Shown here: positions 51,155 through 60,984 of the stretch, one piece after another | Position numbering within the stretch: the stretch's first letter is position 1 | Layout of the letters: each line of letters begins with the position of its first letter | The notes under the pieces: generated by a model | The model's input: the letters and a program-made list of their open reading frames with translations, nothing else | The model's database searches: none | What the model was told of the DNA's origin: nothing | Source of the DNA: Promethearchaeota archaeon | Lineage (GTDB): Archaea; Asgardarchaeota; Lokiarchaeia; Sigyniarchaeales; SOKP01 | DNA length: 64,000 nt | NCBI GenBank assembly: GCA_016839555.1 | Contig: JAEOUA010000011.1 | Coordinates: 32,001-96,000 of the forward strand | Direction: 5' to 3' | Position numbers and translations under genes: made by a program

Positions 51155-52291
51155 TTATTTCTCAATAATAGTTTCTTCAATAGCAGTACCAAAGTGAGTG
51201 GCTCCTGGCCCAATATGTACTAATACTTTATCTCCTTCTTTTAGATCTACAACAGATTTCGCATCCCCTTCTGGATCTACAAGACGAATAGTTTCCGCGT
51301 TTTGACAGATACAACTTATAGGAATTTTTTTCCCAGCTTGCTCCGATTGCATTTCAAATCTTAACATAGGACGAGTTTCGATTTTAACCCTTCCCACAGA
51401 CGCAATTCTAACTGCTCCTTTCGAATTTATCACTAAAACCTTATCTCCACCTTTTATTTCACTTAGGTACTTAGTTCTATATAATTCTTCTTTATTTCGA
51501 TCCTCTTCTGGTACTAATATATACGCAGATACATCTCCTGCATTTACCCGGAAAGGCCGCGAAGCTACAAATTGCGTCTCAAATACTTCTGCATGAATTA
51601 AAGCAAATCCTTTTGCGGTACTTCCCACTAACATTCCTTCCCCAGGTAAAAGTAATGAAGTAGTATCTACACAAACTCTATCACTCTCTGGGATGGCCTG
51701 AATATTTAGTATTTCTGCCTCTTTCAATTCAATCTTAAATCCGACTCCAATCAAATTCTTAAGTTCAATAATATCATTTGCCGTTTTGGGAGTAAATAAG
51801 ATTCCATCAACGCCAATTTCCAGGGTTTTCAGCATTAATTCCGCTTCCGCTAAATTTTCTACTTTGGCAATTAATTCCGTATCCTTTTTATGCATTTCTG
51901 CGATTAAATTCTCAAAAGGAATAATTTTCCAATCCGATGCGGATACTATTATAAAATTTAGTTTAGTATTATTGGATAATCTCTTAATTTCCAATTCATC
52001 TTCTTTAGATTTTAGTTCTTTATAATATCCTATACTTTTTTTGATATCTTTTTCCTCTAAAATTCGTTCTAATTCAGTAAGATCCTTATAAATAACATAA
52101 TCAACATCCAATTCAGAATTCCATCCGAAAGTTTTTACCCGTTCTATATTTTTAAATTCCGAAAGGGTATTATTTGATACAAGAAAATTTAAAATATCTC
52201 TATTAAATGCCTCTTGAACAAGTTCTTTAAAATCTTCTTCCTTTTTTTGAAAATTGAGTATAATTCTTTTCATTTTTGAATCATTTTTCAA
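51155..52291 (-). CDS. aroB': 3-dehydroquinate synthase II (AroB')
   Basis: DWKIIPFENLIA, DRVCVDT, RPFRVNAG, QNAETIRL and HFG..IEE.I.EK motifs. The start may be the ATG at 52273. Confidence 0.93.
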   Translation of the reverse strand: MKNDSKMKRIILNFQKKEEDFKELVQEAFNRDILNFLVSNNTLSEFKNIERVKTFGWNSELDVDYVIYKDLTELERILEEKDIKKSIGYYKELKSKEDELEIKRLSNNTKLNFIIVSASDWKIIPFENLIAEMHKKDTELIAKVENLAEAELMLKTLEIGVDGILFTPKTANDIIELKNLIGVGFKIELKEAEILNIQAIPESDRVCVDTTSLLLPGEGMLVGSTAKGFALIHAEVFETQFVASRPFRVNAGDVSAYILVPEEDRNKEELYRTKYLSEIKGGDKVLVINSKGAVRIASVGRVKIETRPMLRFEMQSEQAGKKIPISCICQNAETIRLVDPEGDAKSVVDLKEGDKVLVHIGPGATHFGTAIEETIIEK

Positions 52292-52392
52292 ATTCTAAAC
52301 TAGAAAAATATTTCTAATTTAAATAATCTTATATTCTCAAAATTTTACTTTCTTTTTTACTTTAGATCGAAGATTTTAAAACTTTTTAGAAA

Positions 52393-52410
52393 ATTTTTCT
52401 TTAAATATGA
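52393..52410 (+). promoter_or_regulatory. T-run + TATA promoter-like motif (copy 1)
   Basis: ATTTTTCTTTAAATATGA; TTTAAATA at 52400, 65 nt before ATG 52465. Confidence 0.55.
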
Positions 52411-52464
52411 TTGAAAAATGATTGTTATAACAAAATAGAAATATTAATTAAAAAGATAAAGAAA

Positions 52465-52824
52465 ATGGAAGAAATATATATAGTTGAGGGCAAAAGTCAA
52501 GGAAAAAAATATGCCAAATATATATTCTATGGTATAATCGCGTTTTTAGCCATATACATGCCTTTTTTTGGAAGTGATCTAAGATATCAATTAGGAGCAA
52601 TCTTCGATATGGCTTTCAATATAATTGGTTGGTTTTGCGTTTTTGGGGGTATAATTTATATCCTTTTGGGAGTTTTGGGGCTATTTGGAAGAAATATCTT
52701 AATCGGAAGAATCATTATAGGAGCATTATTACTGTGGGTTGGTTGTTGGATGACGGGAATTGCTATTAATTTTTTTGGGGTTGATTTCGGAGGTTCATCT
52801 GCTTCATCTAAAGGATATCATTAA
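52465..52824 (+). CDS. Small Gly-rich 3-TM membrane protein
   Basis: Three hydrophobic Gly-rich segments. ATG at 52465 preferred over TTG 52411. Confidence 0.7.
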   Translation: MEEIYIVEGKSQGKKYAKYIFYGIIAFLAIYMPFFGSDLRYQLGAIFDMAFNIIGWFCVFGGIIYILLGVLGLFGRNILIGRIIIGALLLWVGCWMTGIAINFFGVDFGGSSASSKGYH

Positions 52825-52891
52825 AAAAAAGAGGTTCGCCGAAAAAAATCCCGCTTTTTTATTATTAAGTTTCTTTATTATATGCTGTAAA

Positions 52892-54046
52892 TTATAGATT
52901 CTTTTCAATTGCATCTAATTCCTTTAAGATCCACTTCTTAAACTTAGCAAAATCAGAAACAGAAGGGATTTTACCCTTCTCAGAAGAATCTTTAGCTACA
53001 TTTCTCTGATTAAATATTTTTGTATTCGTTTTTTTGGATTTAGAATCAATTGTGCCTGATATTAATTCAGTTATTATCTTTTGAGGGATTTTTAATTTTG
53101 TTAAAATTTCTTCGAATTCTATATAATCGTTTTCTTGTAATTCATATTTTGTTTGGTTCATTTTTATCCATTCCTCTAAAAAATCTTTTGGAATACCCTC
53201 CTTCCAATGATGTTTTCTAAGATAATTATATAATAATTGGGGAGAGTATAGTTCACTTAGTTCTAAATTACTCTTATTAACATGTTTATCTTGATATTCA
53301 TGAAGCGATTGGATGAATTCTTCTCTCAGCTTTTTATTATGATTAGTAATAATATCAAATTCTCCGGAGAAATCAATAATTTTCTCAGGGGGCTTATAAA
53401 ATCTTTTTCTTTTTGTTAAAATGTCCTCAGGGAGGGTTATATTATAATAATTTTTAGTAAATTCTAAAATTTTAGGAAATTCATCTTCATCATAATTCTT
53501 TAGTATTTTTGATAAATTAATCGAGTCGGGATTCTTATTTAATTCTATATATAATTGATTAGCGGTGATCTTGATGTTTTGAAGGTTGTCTCGAAGAATC
53601 TCAATATTATCTGCCAATGAAATCAAGATTTGCTCAAATTTTAAGTCAACATTACTAAAATCATAATTAAGGAATTTATCCGTCTTTTTATTGTAAAAAA
53701 TATAGTGATTATTACTCTCTGACAACAAATTAGTTATATTCTGATTCACATTAAGGATACAATGCACATCCTTCAATTCTAATAGGTCTTTCGCCTTTTT
53801 TTTGTCTAAATTATAAATTAAATAGAAATTTGGAGTATGAATATCTGAATAAGAATCATTTAATATGACTTCTTTAAGGTCATAAAGGGCGGTAGATTCT
53901 AAATCAATTAAATTATAGCCAATAGTAAAGACTTCTAATCCTCTAAGATTTTTTAAATCTACATAGGGATAAATTACCAGATTTTTTTGTTGAAAAAATA
54001 ATAAATGCAGGAATTCCGGTTTAATGAAATCGAATGCTGTATCCAT
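52892..54046 (-). CDS. Hypothetical soluble protein
   Basis: 384 aa ORF with a GGGAGG SD; lies downstream of the GTPase on the same strand. Confidence 0.75.
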   Translation of the reverse strand: MDTAFDFIKPEFLHLLFFQQKNLVIYPYVDLKNLRGLEVFTIGYNLIDLESTALYDLKEVILNDSYSDIHTPNFYLIYNLDKKKAKDLLELKDVHCILNVNQNITNLLSESNNHYIFYNKKTDKFLNYDFSNVDLKFEQILISLADNIEILRDNLQNIKITANQLYIELNKNPDSINLSKILKNYDEDEFPKILEFTKNYYNITLPEDILTKRKRFYKPPEKIIDFSGEFDIITNHNKKLREEFIQSLHEYQDKHVNKSNLELSELYSPQLLYNYLRKHHWKEGIPKDFLEEWIKMNQTKYELQENDYIEFEEILTKLKIPQKIITELISGTIDSKSKKTNTKIFNQRNVAKDSSEKGKIPSVSDFAKFKKWILKELDAIEKNL

Positions 54047-54106
54047 TTGCCTCCCTTAATTGGTTGTTTAATTAATATTAGAATATATAAAAAGAACTTG
54101 AAATAA

Positions 54107-54775
54107 CTATTTGGAATTAAATACATTGAATAAAACTTGCCCTAATAAATCTCGAAAAGTTTCAGCAACATTCTTTCCTTTTAATGCAACAGTTCTATAC
54201 ACTACAAATGTTCCATCAGAATATTTCTCTTCTTGTGGTAATCCTAATTTCTTTTTAAACTCATCAATCTTAATTTTATTTTCTATATCTCTCTTATTAA
54301 GCTGAATAACATACGGAATTCTTCGCGGACTGGCGAAGCTGAGTAATTCACGAAAACTTCGTTTATTTTGTTCGAGCTTATCTTTCTCTGAATCTCCCAC
54401 AAATACGATTCCATCAGCTCCTTCCAAGACATATTCTCTAGTAGAAAGAAAACGCTCCTGACCCGTACAAGTGACGATATGAACAATAATAGTATAATCA
54501 ATACCATTCACGCTTGCTTCAAAAGATAGAAACATAGAATCCTGCCATAATGTTCTTCCATCTTCCGTTTCAATCGAATAGCCATCCGTAATACGATTAT
54601 GATCAAATTTCTCCTTCAACCTAAAAAAATTGGTAGTCTTTCCAGACTCTCCAGGACCCCAATACACAATTTTTAACTGAATAATATTTCCTAATAAAAT
54701 TCCTGTAGAATCTATAGATACTTCTGAACTTATATTTTCATTTTCTACGTGTTTTTTCATCATTAATAAAATCAC
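54107..54775 (-). CDS. MglA-like small GTPase
   Basis: KIVYWGPGESGKTTN; GRTL switch with Arg; TGQERF; GADGIVFV.DS; QLNKRD; VA..G..V motifs. Confidence 0.88.
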   Translation of the reverse strand: MILLMMKKHVENENISSEVSIDSTGILLGNIIQLKIVYWGPGESGKTTNFFRLKEKFDHNRITDGYSIETEDGRTLWQDSMFLSFEASVNGIDYTIIVHIVTCTGQERFLSTREYVLEGADGIVFVGDSEKDKLEQNKRSFRELLSFASPRRIPYVIQLNKRDIENKIKIDEFKKKLGLPQEEKYSDGTFVVYRTVALKGKNVAETFRDLLGQVLFNVFNSK

Positions 54776-54792
54776 CTTTAAGTATAGGCTTA

Positions 54793-55338
54793 TTAAATAG
54801 TACCTATTTTATCGCCGAATAATTGTTTTTTCAATGTCTTGATATGATCTTTTAATTCATCTTCATTCATTTTTAACACATTTTTAATAGGGATAGAATT
54901 TTCAATTTCTCTTTTTATTGCTGTCGCAAATCGTTGCATCTGTAGGATTAATACACCAATGTTTACATTATTATCAGTTAAAAGAACAATGAGGATTTGT
55001 CGCTTTCTTTCGTTTCCAATATTTACATCAATAATGGATTTGACAAATAATCGCATATTATTGTAAATTATAGTGGCTCGATCTAAGTAATCCGCCTCGA
55101 AAAAATCTTGCCCTTGTCGTGCAACTCCGTATAATGCTGCTCCCAAGGAAGAGAGGTTCCAATAATTCAATCCTTTATCAAACTGAGGATCCAATGCGAT
55201 TATTTTGGCATCTTGATCAACAGCAATTAATCCATAGATATAACCTTTCCGCGTAAGTTTACCATAGCTCATTCTGATTTCGCTCAGAATATCGCTAATC
55301 GTATTTTCATATAATACTTTCGGAATTGTTTCTGTCAT
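54793..55338 (-). CDS. Roadblock/LC7 (MglB-like) protein
   Basis: LIAVDQD..IIA, LSSLGAALYG, ILIVLLT..VNIG pattern with an extra C-terminal helix; directly upstream of the MglA-like gene. Confidence 0.75.
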   Translation of the reverse strand: MTETIPKVLYENTISDILSEIRMSYGKLTRKGYIYGLIAVDQDAKIIALDPQFDKGLNYWNLSSLGAALYGVARQGQDFFEADYLDRATIIYNNMRLFVKSIIDVNIGNERKRQILIVLLTDNNVNIGVLILQMQRFATAIKREIENSIPIKNVLKMNEDELKDHIKTLKKQLFGDKIGTI

Positions 55339-55380
55339 GTTCTCAACTCAAAACTTTTTTTGAAAGATATAAAAAATAAA

Positions 55381-55397
55381 TCTATATAAAGAAAAAG
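55381..55397 (-). promoter_or_regulatory. T-run + TATA promoter-like motif (copy 2)
   Basis: Minus strand CTTTTTCTTTATATAGA; TATA starts at 55390, 52 nt before ATG 55338. Confidence 0.55.
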
Positions 55398-55423
55398 TCG
55401 AAAATTATAATTTTTCATTTTTT

Positions 55424-55443
55424 GATTTTTTCCTTTAAATATA
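55424..55443 (+). promoter_or_regulatory. T-run + TATA promoter-like motif (copy 3)
   Basis: GATTTTTTCCTTTAAATATA; TATA at 55434, 63 nt before ATG 55497. Confidence 0.55.
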
Positions 55444-55496
55444 AATGAGAGATCAAAAGGGTATAATTTTTTAAAAACCAGTAAAATGGTGTTTAA

Positions 55497-56744
55497 ATGG
55501 TAGAAACAATTCCTACTGCATATATTCCAAAACAAAAAGTAATTTTAAGTGAAATTAATCCCCCATATGCACAAAATTTTATAAATCCATTCTTAGAATT
55601 CACTAATTTACATCTTTTTGAAGAATTCAAACTTGATGTAAATATTAGAAAGAAAATAAAAAATCGGAAAAACCCTACTTTAAAGTTGGCAGAACCTAAA
55701 CATGCTGAAACTATCGCTGAAATAGTAAAAGAAGACTATGAAGGGACATATCCTTATAAAGAGATGGAAGATCCTACTGAAATTAAAAAAATGATCAATT
55801 CAGGAAAATATAAATTTGTCTTATTTTTAAATGAAAAGAATGAAATTATGGGATCTACTTGTTTTGTTCTTAATTTAAAGGAAAAAAAAGGGTATCTACG
55901 GAGCCTAGTAGTGAGAAAAAAATCTCTTGGGATAGTTGATGCAACTAAAGCTTATGTTGGAAGTTGTTTGGCAATTTGGAATATGTTCAGAGATAAAATA
56001 TTAATTTGGTGGGGTGAAGCACGTACCGCAGATGCAAAATCCCAATATATCAATCGTTTATGTAGCGTTCGACCAATAGCATTTTTACCGAATAAGGATA
56101 TCTTTTATAATAAAATAGAATCAGATTTAGTAATGATTTCTTATGATGAGCGCGTTTTCAGAGAATTTCATAGCAAAAAAAGGCCTAGAATTATCCCTTG
56201 TGTTGCTGGATGCTTTTATTTCTCTAATATGCAATATGACTTAACTATACCCGAAATTATCTTTCCAAAGCTTAAAAAGGAAATGAATCCCTCAAAATTA
56301 ATAAAATTATTCAAAAATCTGAAAGTTCAAAAAACCGTGGATAAATTCAATTACATCACTTATAGATTTACTCTAAAAAACTCTAAATCTTATTTTAAAT
56401 TCTTATTTACACCTCGAGTTAACAATTTTGAGAAAACAGAATATAAAGTGAAGAATTTAGAGGAGTTATTTGTTTTTTTGCAGAAATTTAAAAAAATGGC
56501 GAGAAAACTGGATATTAGATATATGGAAGCGCTTGTTTCGGCTTATGAACCTTCCCATCAAATATTATTTAGAGATTTAGGATTAATTCCACGAGGCTAT
56601 ATCCCTGCATTTCAATATAATAAAAAAAAGAATCATTTTGAAGATTCAATTCTGTTTAATTATTATACAGGAACTCTTTCATATGAACCCGAATTAATTC
56701 CTGAGGGTAAGCAATTGTTAAAATTCTTAAATTTAAAGTTTTGA
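55497..56744 (+). CDS. Tandem GNAT-fold protein
   Basis: LKLAEP.HA..IA.I...Y..TYPY, GYLRSLVVR, GEART...SQ, and a second unit ending LGLIPRGYIP. Confidence 0.6.
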   Translation: MVETIPTAYIPKQKVILSEINPPYAQNFINPFLEFTNLHLFEEFKLDVNIRKKIKNRKNPTLKLAEPKHAETIAEIVKEDYEGTYPYKEMEDPTEIKKMINSGKYKFVLFLNEKNEIMGSTCFVLNLKEKKGYLRSLVVRKKSLGIVDATKAYVGSCLAIWNMFRDKILIWWGEARTADAKSQYINRLCSVRPIAFLPNKDIFYNKIESDLVMISYDERVFREFHSKKRPRIIPCVAGCFYFSNMQYDLTIPEIIFPKLKKEMNPSKLIKLFKNLKVQKTVDKFNYITYRFTLKNSKSYFKFLFTPRVNNFEKTEYKVKNLEELFVFLQKFKKMARKLDIRYMEALVSAYEPSHQILFRDLGLIPRGYIPAFQYNKKKNHFEDSILFNYYTGTLSYEPELIPEGKQLLKFLNLKF

Positions 56745-56798
56745 TAAAACTTTATCGTCATCTTTTTAATTTTTAATATATTTTAAAATTTTTTTTTG

Positions 56799-56820
56799 GA
56801 TTTTTTCTTTAAATATGAAT
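56799..56820 (+). promoter_or_regulatory. T-run + TATA promoter-like motif (copy 4)
   Basis: GATTTTTTCTTTAAATATGAAT; TATA at 56808, 38 nt before ATG 56846. Confidence 0.55.
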
Positions 56821-56845
56821 AAAAAAAATATATGATAGAATTATT

Positions 56846-57256
56846 ATGACCCTCTTTAAAATAAATTATAGGTTGAGATCTATAAAAGATCCATTTAATT
56901 ATAGAGAAATAATCGAAAACATAGTATTAGACGAAAATACAGGTAAAGTCTTTTTAAAAGAATTCAAAAAAATTTTAAAAAACTTAGAATCTTTAAAAAT
57001 TGATAATAATATTAAAATTAAAAAACTGAAATATTTCCTGAAATCCTATAAATTAAAAGACATCAGTAATGAAACAAAAGAAATAATTATTAAGGCTCAT
57101 AGAAATATCGAAAATAAAAAAGGAGCTCTTAAGATTATAACAAATTTCAATTCAGATTTAAATCATATATCTAATAAAGATATATTTGATAAAGATTCAG
57201 AATTAAACTTTGATTCAAAAAGAATCCCTCTATTAATACCAGAAAAAATGCATTAA
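56846..57256 (+). CDS. Hypothetical Lys-rich protein
   Basis: 136 aa ORF with no recognisable motif. Confidence 0.55.
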   Translation: MTLFKINYRLRSIKDPFNYREIIENIVLDENTGKVFLKEFKKILKNLESLKIDNNIKIKKLKYFLKSYKLKDISNETKEIIIKAHRNIENKKGALKIITNFNSDLNHISNKDIFDKDSELNFDSKRIPLLIPEKMH

Positions 57257-57513
57257 AAATATAGATATGATTTTTTTATTTTTATCTAATTTTTAACTAA
57301 TTTCTATAATAATTATAGAAAATTCTTTTTCTATATTTTGATTAAATTATGATAAAATTAATTTAAGATCTGAATTTAATGAAAAATTAGATTAAATATT
57401 TAATTTATAGCATAATTTATAAAGAAAGGACTTTAAAAACTTCTTTTGAAAATAAATTTAAAATAGAAAAAATTTTTAAAAAATTATAAATAATTAATAA
57501 GAAGTGATTTTAT

Positions 57514-58338
57514 TTGAATAAAAAAGAAAAATATTTAATTGGTATAATTTCACCAACGATTATTGGTTTAATAATAACTCTTATTCTTTTTATTGCCAAT
57601 TTAGACCCAATAATTAAAACCATTAATGCATATGAAGGAACTTGGATTATAATAGTAATAATAATAATAAGAATAATTTTATTAGCCGGAATGAGTGCAT
57701 ATATGTTTAAGCAATGGTTTAACCAAGAGCATCAATATTTATCAGATATTCCTTTTTTATTTGCACTATTCTTTTTACTTGTAATCTTCGGAAAATCTTT
57801 TGACTTACTTTATAATCTGACATATTATTTTACTGATAGATTCACTTTTTTGATAATACTAAAGGTTCGTTTCTTAATAGGAGCATTAAGTCTTTCCCCT
57901 ATGTATTATCTGAGCATAGGAATGATATTGTTTTTCTTGTCTCTTTATGAAAAATATAAGAAACTAGATGATAAGAAAGTTTCAAACCAAATCCAATTAA
58001 TTACTCTATCAATTATAATTCTTTTGATATCAGCGCTAATTATAATTTTTTTAGATGATGAAACTAATAAGATAATTTTACCTGCAATAGTAATCCCATC
58101 ATTCTTAACCATTGTTTTGATATTTTACTTCGCTTATAAAAACAAAAGATTGTCGCAAGTAAATCCCTTAATTCTGGCAATTGGATTTTCTGCATATTTA
58201 ATTTCTCAAATAATTAGACCAATTTTTCAAATAATTTTTGGAAATGAGGTGCCATTCATCTTTTTTTCAGAATTACTAGACCTGATTATCTATTTTGTTA
58301 TTTTTATTGGTTTAATAAAAAAAATAGAATATGATTAA
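57514..58338 (+). CDS. Polytopic (7-8 TM) membrane protein
   Basis: Alternating hydrophobic segments; no catalytic domain recognised. Confidence 0.7.
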   Translation: MNKKEKYLIGIISPTIIGLIITLILFIANLDPIIKTINAYEGTWIIIVIIIIRIILLAGMSAYMFKQWFNQEHQYLSDIPFLFALFFLLVIFGKSFDLLYNLTYYFTDRFTFLIILKVRFLIGALSLSPMYYLSIGMILFFLSLYEKYKKLDDKKVSNQIQLITLSIIILLISALIIIFLDDETNKIILPAIVIPSFLTIVLIFYFAYKNKRLSQVNPLILAIGFSAYLISQIIRPIFQIIFGNEVPFIFFSELLDLIIYFVIFIGLIKKIEYD

Positions 58339-58400
58339 AAATTAAATCTAAATATAATAATTTTTATTTAGTAATTTTTTATCATTTGTTAATCAATAAT

Positions 58401-59567
58401 TTAATTTCTAATTCTTTTTTGTAAAACAATATGTTTTCTAATTGGTTTTGAATGGGGAAAAATAGTTTTAATTGCTTTATCATTATTGGACCATATGGTA
58501 GTACCTTCCACATAGGTAATTCCATTCAATCCTGTGATAATTCTTCCAATATTATTTAATGCTGAGAATATACCTCTCCCAGCGTATTCTTTTCGTATCA
58601 TAACCGTATCAACATTTGCATCTATCAGAGGTAAGTTTTGCCAGATCTGATATAAATTCGGTAAAGACCATATAAATCCCACTATTTCTCCGGTTTTGCT
58701 ATCGAACGCAAAAGGAGCCCATGTTACCACTTTTTCTAAATCGCAAGATTTCATAGATTTAATAAAAATTGGGTTATCGGTATAGTCTTGAGGATTAAAA
58801 TCTTTGGGAAGCTTGTAATGTGAGGGAGGCACCATTTCATATAAGTGAAAGAATTCTTCAAGTCGCTTCTCCCCTCCTGATGCGTCTGCAAGTATCGTAT
58901 GAAAAGTATGCTGTGCCATTTCCATCATCTCTTCTTTTCGATCTCTCATTTCTGATATAGTAAGGTATTTTATTTCGATATCCCTTAGGTATCTATCACC
59001 TTTTTTCCACTTATCTTGGGTAACATAAACACAGGTATACTTTGACTCAATTTTATATCCTAATCTCTTTAAATAGTTTAATTCCTTCAAATCGGGATGA
59101 TTATATGCTACACCAGACATCATTTTATGCTTAAATCCTTCGGTCTGAAATCCGATTCCTCCAATTATTTTCGGAAAATTGATTGGTCCCCGAATTTTTC
59201 TGATATGATGCTCTTTAATGTAGCGTTCACAATTTTCTATTAATATTCTACAAGATGTGAAATCTAAGGCATTAAGCCAGCCAAATGTTCCGCATTTTCT
59301 TCCATAACTTTTATATTCTGTATCTATTTGACAAACTACGATTCCCGTTATTTTTTTTCCTTTTTTTGTAATAAATACTTTAATTTTGTAATCTTCTTCA
59401 TTAAATTTCTTTTGTAAATAATTAAGAAGATGAAAAATTACTTTTTTTTTTAATTTGTCCATTGGTACATAGAGTAATTCTTTGAAAGCACATCGTATTT
59501 GGCTAATATTTTTAGTATCAAAAACCTTAATAGAATAACTGATTTCTTCAACTATTTGTTGTGTCAT
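58401..59567 (-). CDS. Tandem GNAT protein, YghO/bacterial ceramide synthase-like family
   Basis: GTFGW, IRGPINF...G...EGF......YNHP...L..LGY, IVGFIWSLPNL, EYAGRGI and TIWSNN motifs. Confidence 0.65.
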   Translation of the reverse strand: MTQQIVEEISYSIKVFDTKNISQIRCAFKELLYVPMDKLKKKVIFHLLNYLQKKFNEEDYKIKVFITKKGKKITGIVVCQIDTEYKSYGRKCGTFGWLNALDFTSCRILIENCERYIKEHHIRKIRGPINFPKIIGGIGFQTEGFKHKMMSGVAYNHPDLKELNYLKRLGYKIESKYTCVYVTQDKWKKGDRYLRDIEIKYLTISEMRDRKEEMMEMAQHTFHTILADASGGEKRLEEFFHLYEMVPPSHYKLPKDFNPQDYTDNPIFIKSMKSCDLEKVVTWAPFAFDSKTGEIVGFIWSLPNLYQIWQNLPLIDANVDTVMIRKEYAGRGIFSALNNIGRIITGLNGITYVEGTTIWSNNDKAIKTIFPHSKPIRKHIVLQKRIRN

Positions 59568-59611
59568 TTAAAATCATTTTATATTTTATAAATTTGGAGA
59601 AAAAATTTTAC

Positions 59612-59633
59612 ATTCATATTTAAAGAAAAAATT
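59612..59633 (-). promoter_or_regulatory. T-run + TATA promoter-like motif (copy 5)
   Basis: Minus strand AATTTTTTCTTTAAATATGAAT, with 21 nt identical to copy 4; 57 nt before ATG 59567. Confidence 0.6.
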
Positions 59634-59696
59634 TTAAAAATTTTTTATTTAAAAAAGAGTAAAAATTTGGAAAAATAGACAAAAATCATTATTTCA

Positions 59697-59716
59697 GATT
59701 TTTTCTTTAAATATAC
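59697..59716 (+). promoter_or_regulatory. T-run + TATA promoter-like motif (copy 6)
   Basis: GATTTTTTCTTTAAATATAC; TATA at 59706, 54 nt before ATG 59760. Confidence 0.6.
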
Positions 59717-59759
59717 TTAAGAATAAAAACCATAAAAATAATAATATTAAGATAGGATT

Positions 59760-60914
59760 ATGAGAGAAATTAATCATTTCTGTCAAAATTGCATTTTACC
59801 AAATGGATTTCTGGATATTATATTGAATGAGGAAAGAATATGCAATTTTTGTAGAGATCCTCATTATAAAAATTCTAATTGGTCTAAAACACAACCCACA
59901 GCAAAATTAAGAGACTTTGCAATCCAAAATTGGCAAAGAACGATTCAAAATGTAAGAAATAAAAATATTGGTAAAAAATATGATTGTGTTTTAGGATATT
60001 CGGGAGGAAAAGACTCCACTGCATTATTAGATATGCTTATTAATGAGCTCGATTTGAAACCGCTGGCAATTACGGTTGATACAGGACAGTTAACACAAAT
60101 AGCTAAAGAAAACATAAAGAAAACCCTTAATACTTTACATTATTCTGCTCATCATCTTTTTATTGAAAGGGCAAAAAAAACTTTTTCTAAATTATATGAA
60201 TACCTTTTTCTAAATCATCATTCCAATGAAAAAATCCTAACAGGAAAGATATGTGATTATTGTTCTGATCTTATTCATTCCTTACTTACTAAAGAAGCCA
60301 TGAAAAGGAGTATACCTCTTGTTATTCTTGGTTACTCCCCTGATCAGATAAAAAGATATTTTTATGAAATCCCGAAAAGTGAAATTAAAAATCAATGGTA
60401 CCCTAATTTTATTCTAAAAACTCCATTTACCGATGACGATCGAGAATTTTTTCTTAATGTAAAGGATATTGATGATGATAGGGTCCCAAGAATCTTACTA
60501 CCTTATCATGTTATTTCCTATAAAGAAGATAAAATTATAGAAAAAGTCAATTCGAGAAATTTAATTGAGAAAGGAAAAGCTGATCCAATATTAACAAATT
60601 GCCATGTAGTAAAAGCTGCATTAATGTATGATCTTTATCGATATGGAGGTTTATCATATGCTCTACAATATGCTGAATTAGTAAGACAGGAATCTAATGA
60701 AGAGAGACGAAAAAAATCTCGTAAAAAATGGTTAAGATTATATAAAAATGTAGCAAAATCAATATTGCAAGGAAACTTTGATAAAAAAGGAATAGAGAAC
60801 TTTTTTAATCAGATTAATATTTCTAAAACTGAATTAATTCAAGTGATTAGAAATCAATTAGAAAAAGACCCAAATAAAGACTTGATTTTAGAGAATATCA
60901 ATTTGCTCAAATAA
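59760..60914 (+). CDS. PP-loop (adenine nucleotide alpha-hydrolase) protein, N-acetyl-sugar amidotransferase/WbpG-like
   Basis: CQNCILP..CNFC, YDCVLGYSGGKDS, CDYC and TNC motifs. Confidence 0.8.
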   Translation: MREINHFCQNCILPNGFLDIILNEERICNFCRDPHYKNSNWSKTQPTAKLRDFAIQNWQRTIQNVRNKNIGKKYDCVLGYSGGKDSTALLDMLINELDLKPLAITVDTGQLTQIAKENIKKTLNTLHYSAHHLFIERAKKTFSKLYEYLFLNHHSNEKILTGKICDYCSDLIHSLLTKEAMKRSIPLVILGYSPDQIKRYFYEIPKSEIKNQWYPNFILKTPFTDDDREFFLNVKDIDDDRVPRILLPYHVISYKEDKIIEKVNSRNLIEKGKADPILTNCHVVKAALMYDLYRYGGLSYALQYAELVRQESNEERRKKSRKKWLRLYKNVAKSILQGNFDKKGIENFFNQINISKTELIQVIRNQLEKDPNKDLILENINLLK

Positions 60915-60984
60915 AAAATTTGTCTTCTCTATTTATATTACTTCAAATTTTTCAAATTTAGACATTTTTAAGAAATTTAAAAAC

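Noticed and set aside
57650-57680. (ATA)n microsatellite-like run
   Set aside because: It encodes poly-Ile in a TM helix, which is expected in an AT-rich genome.
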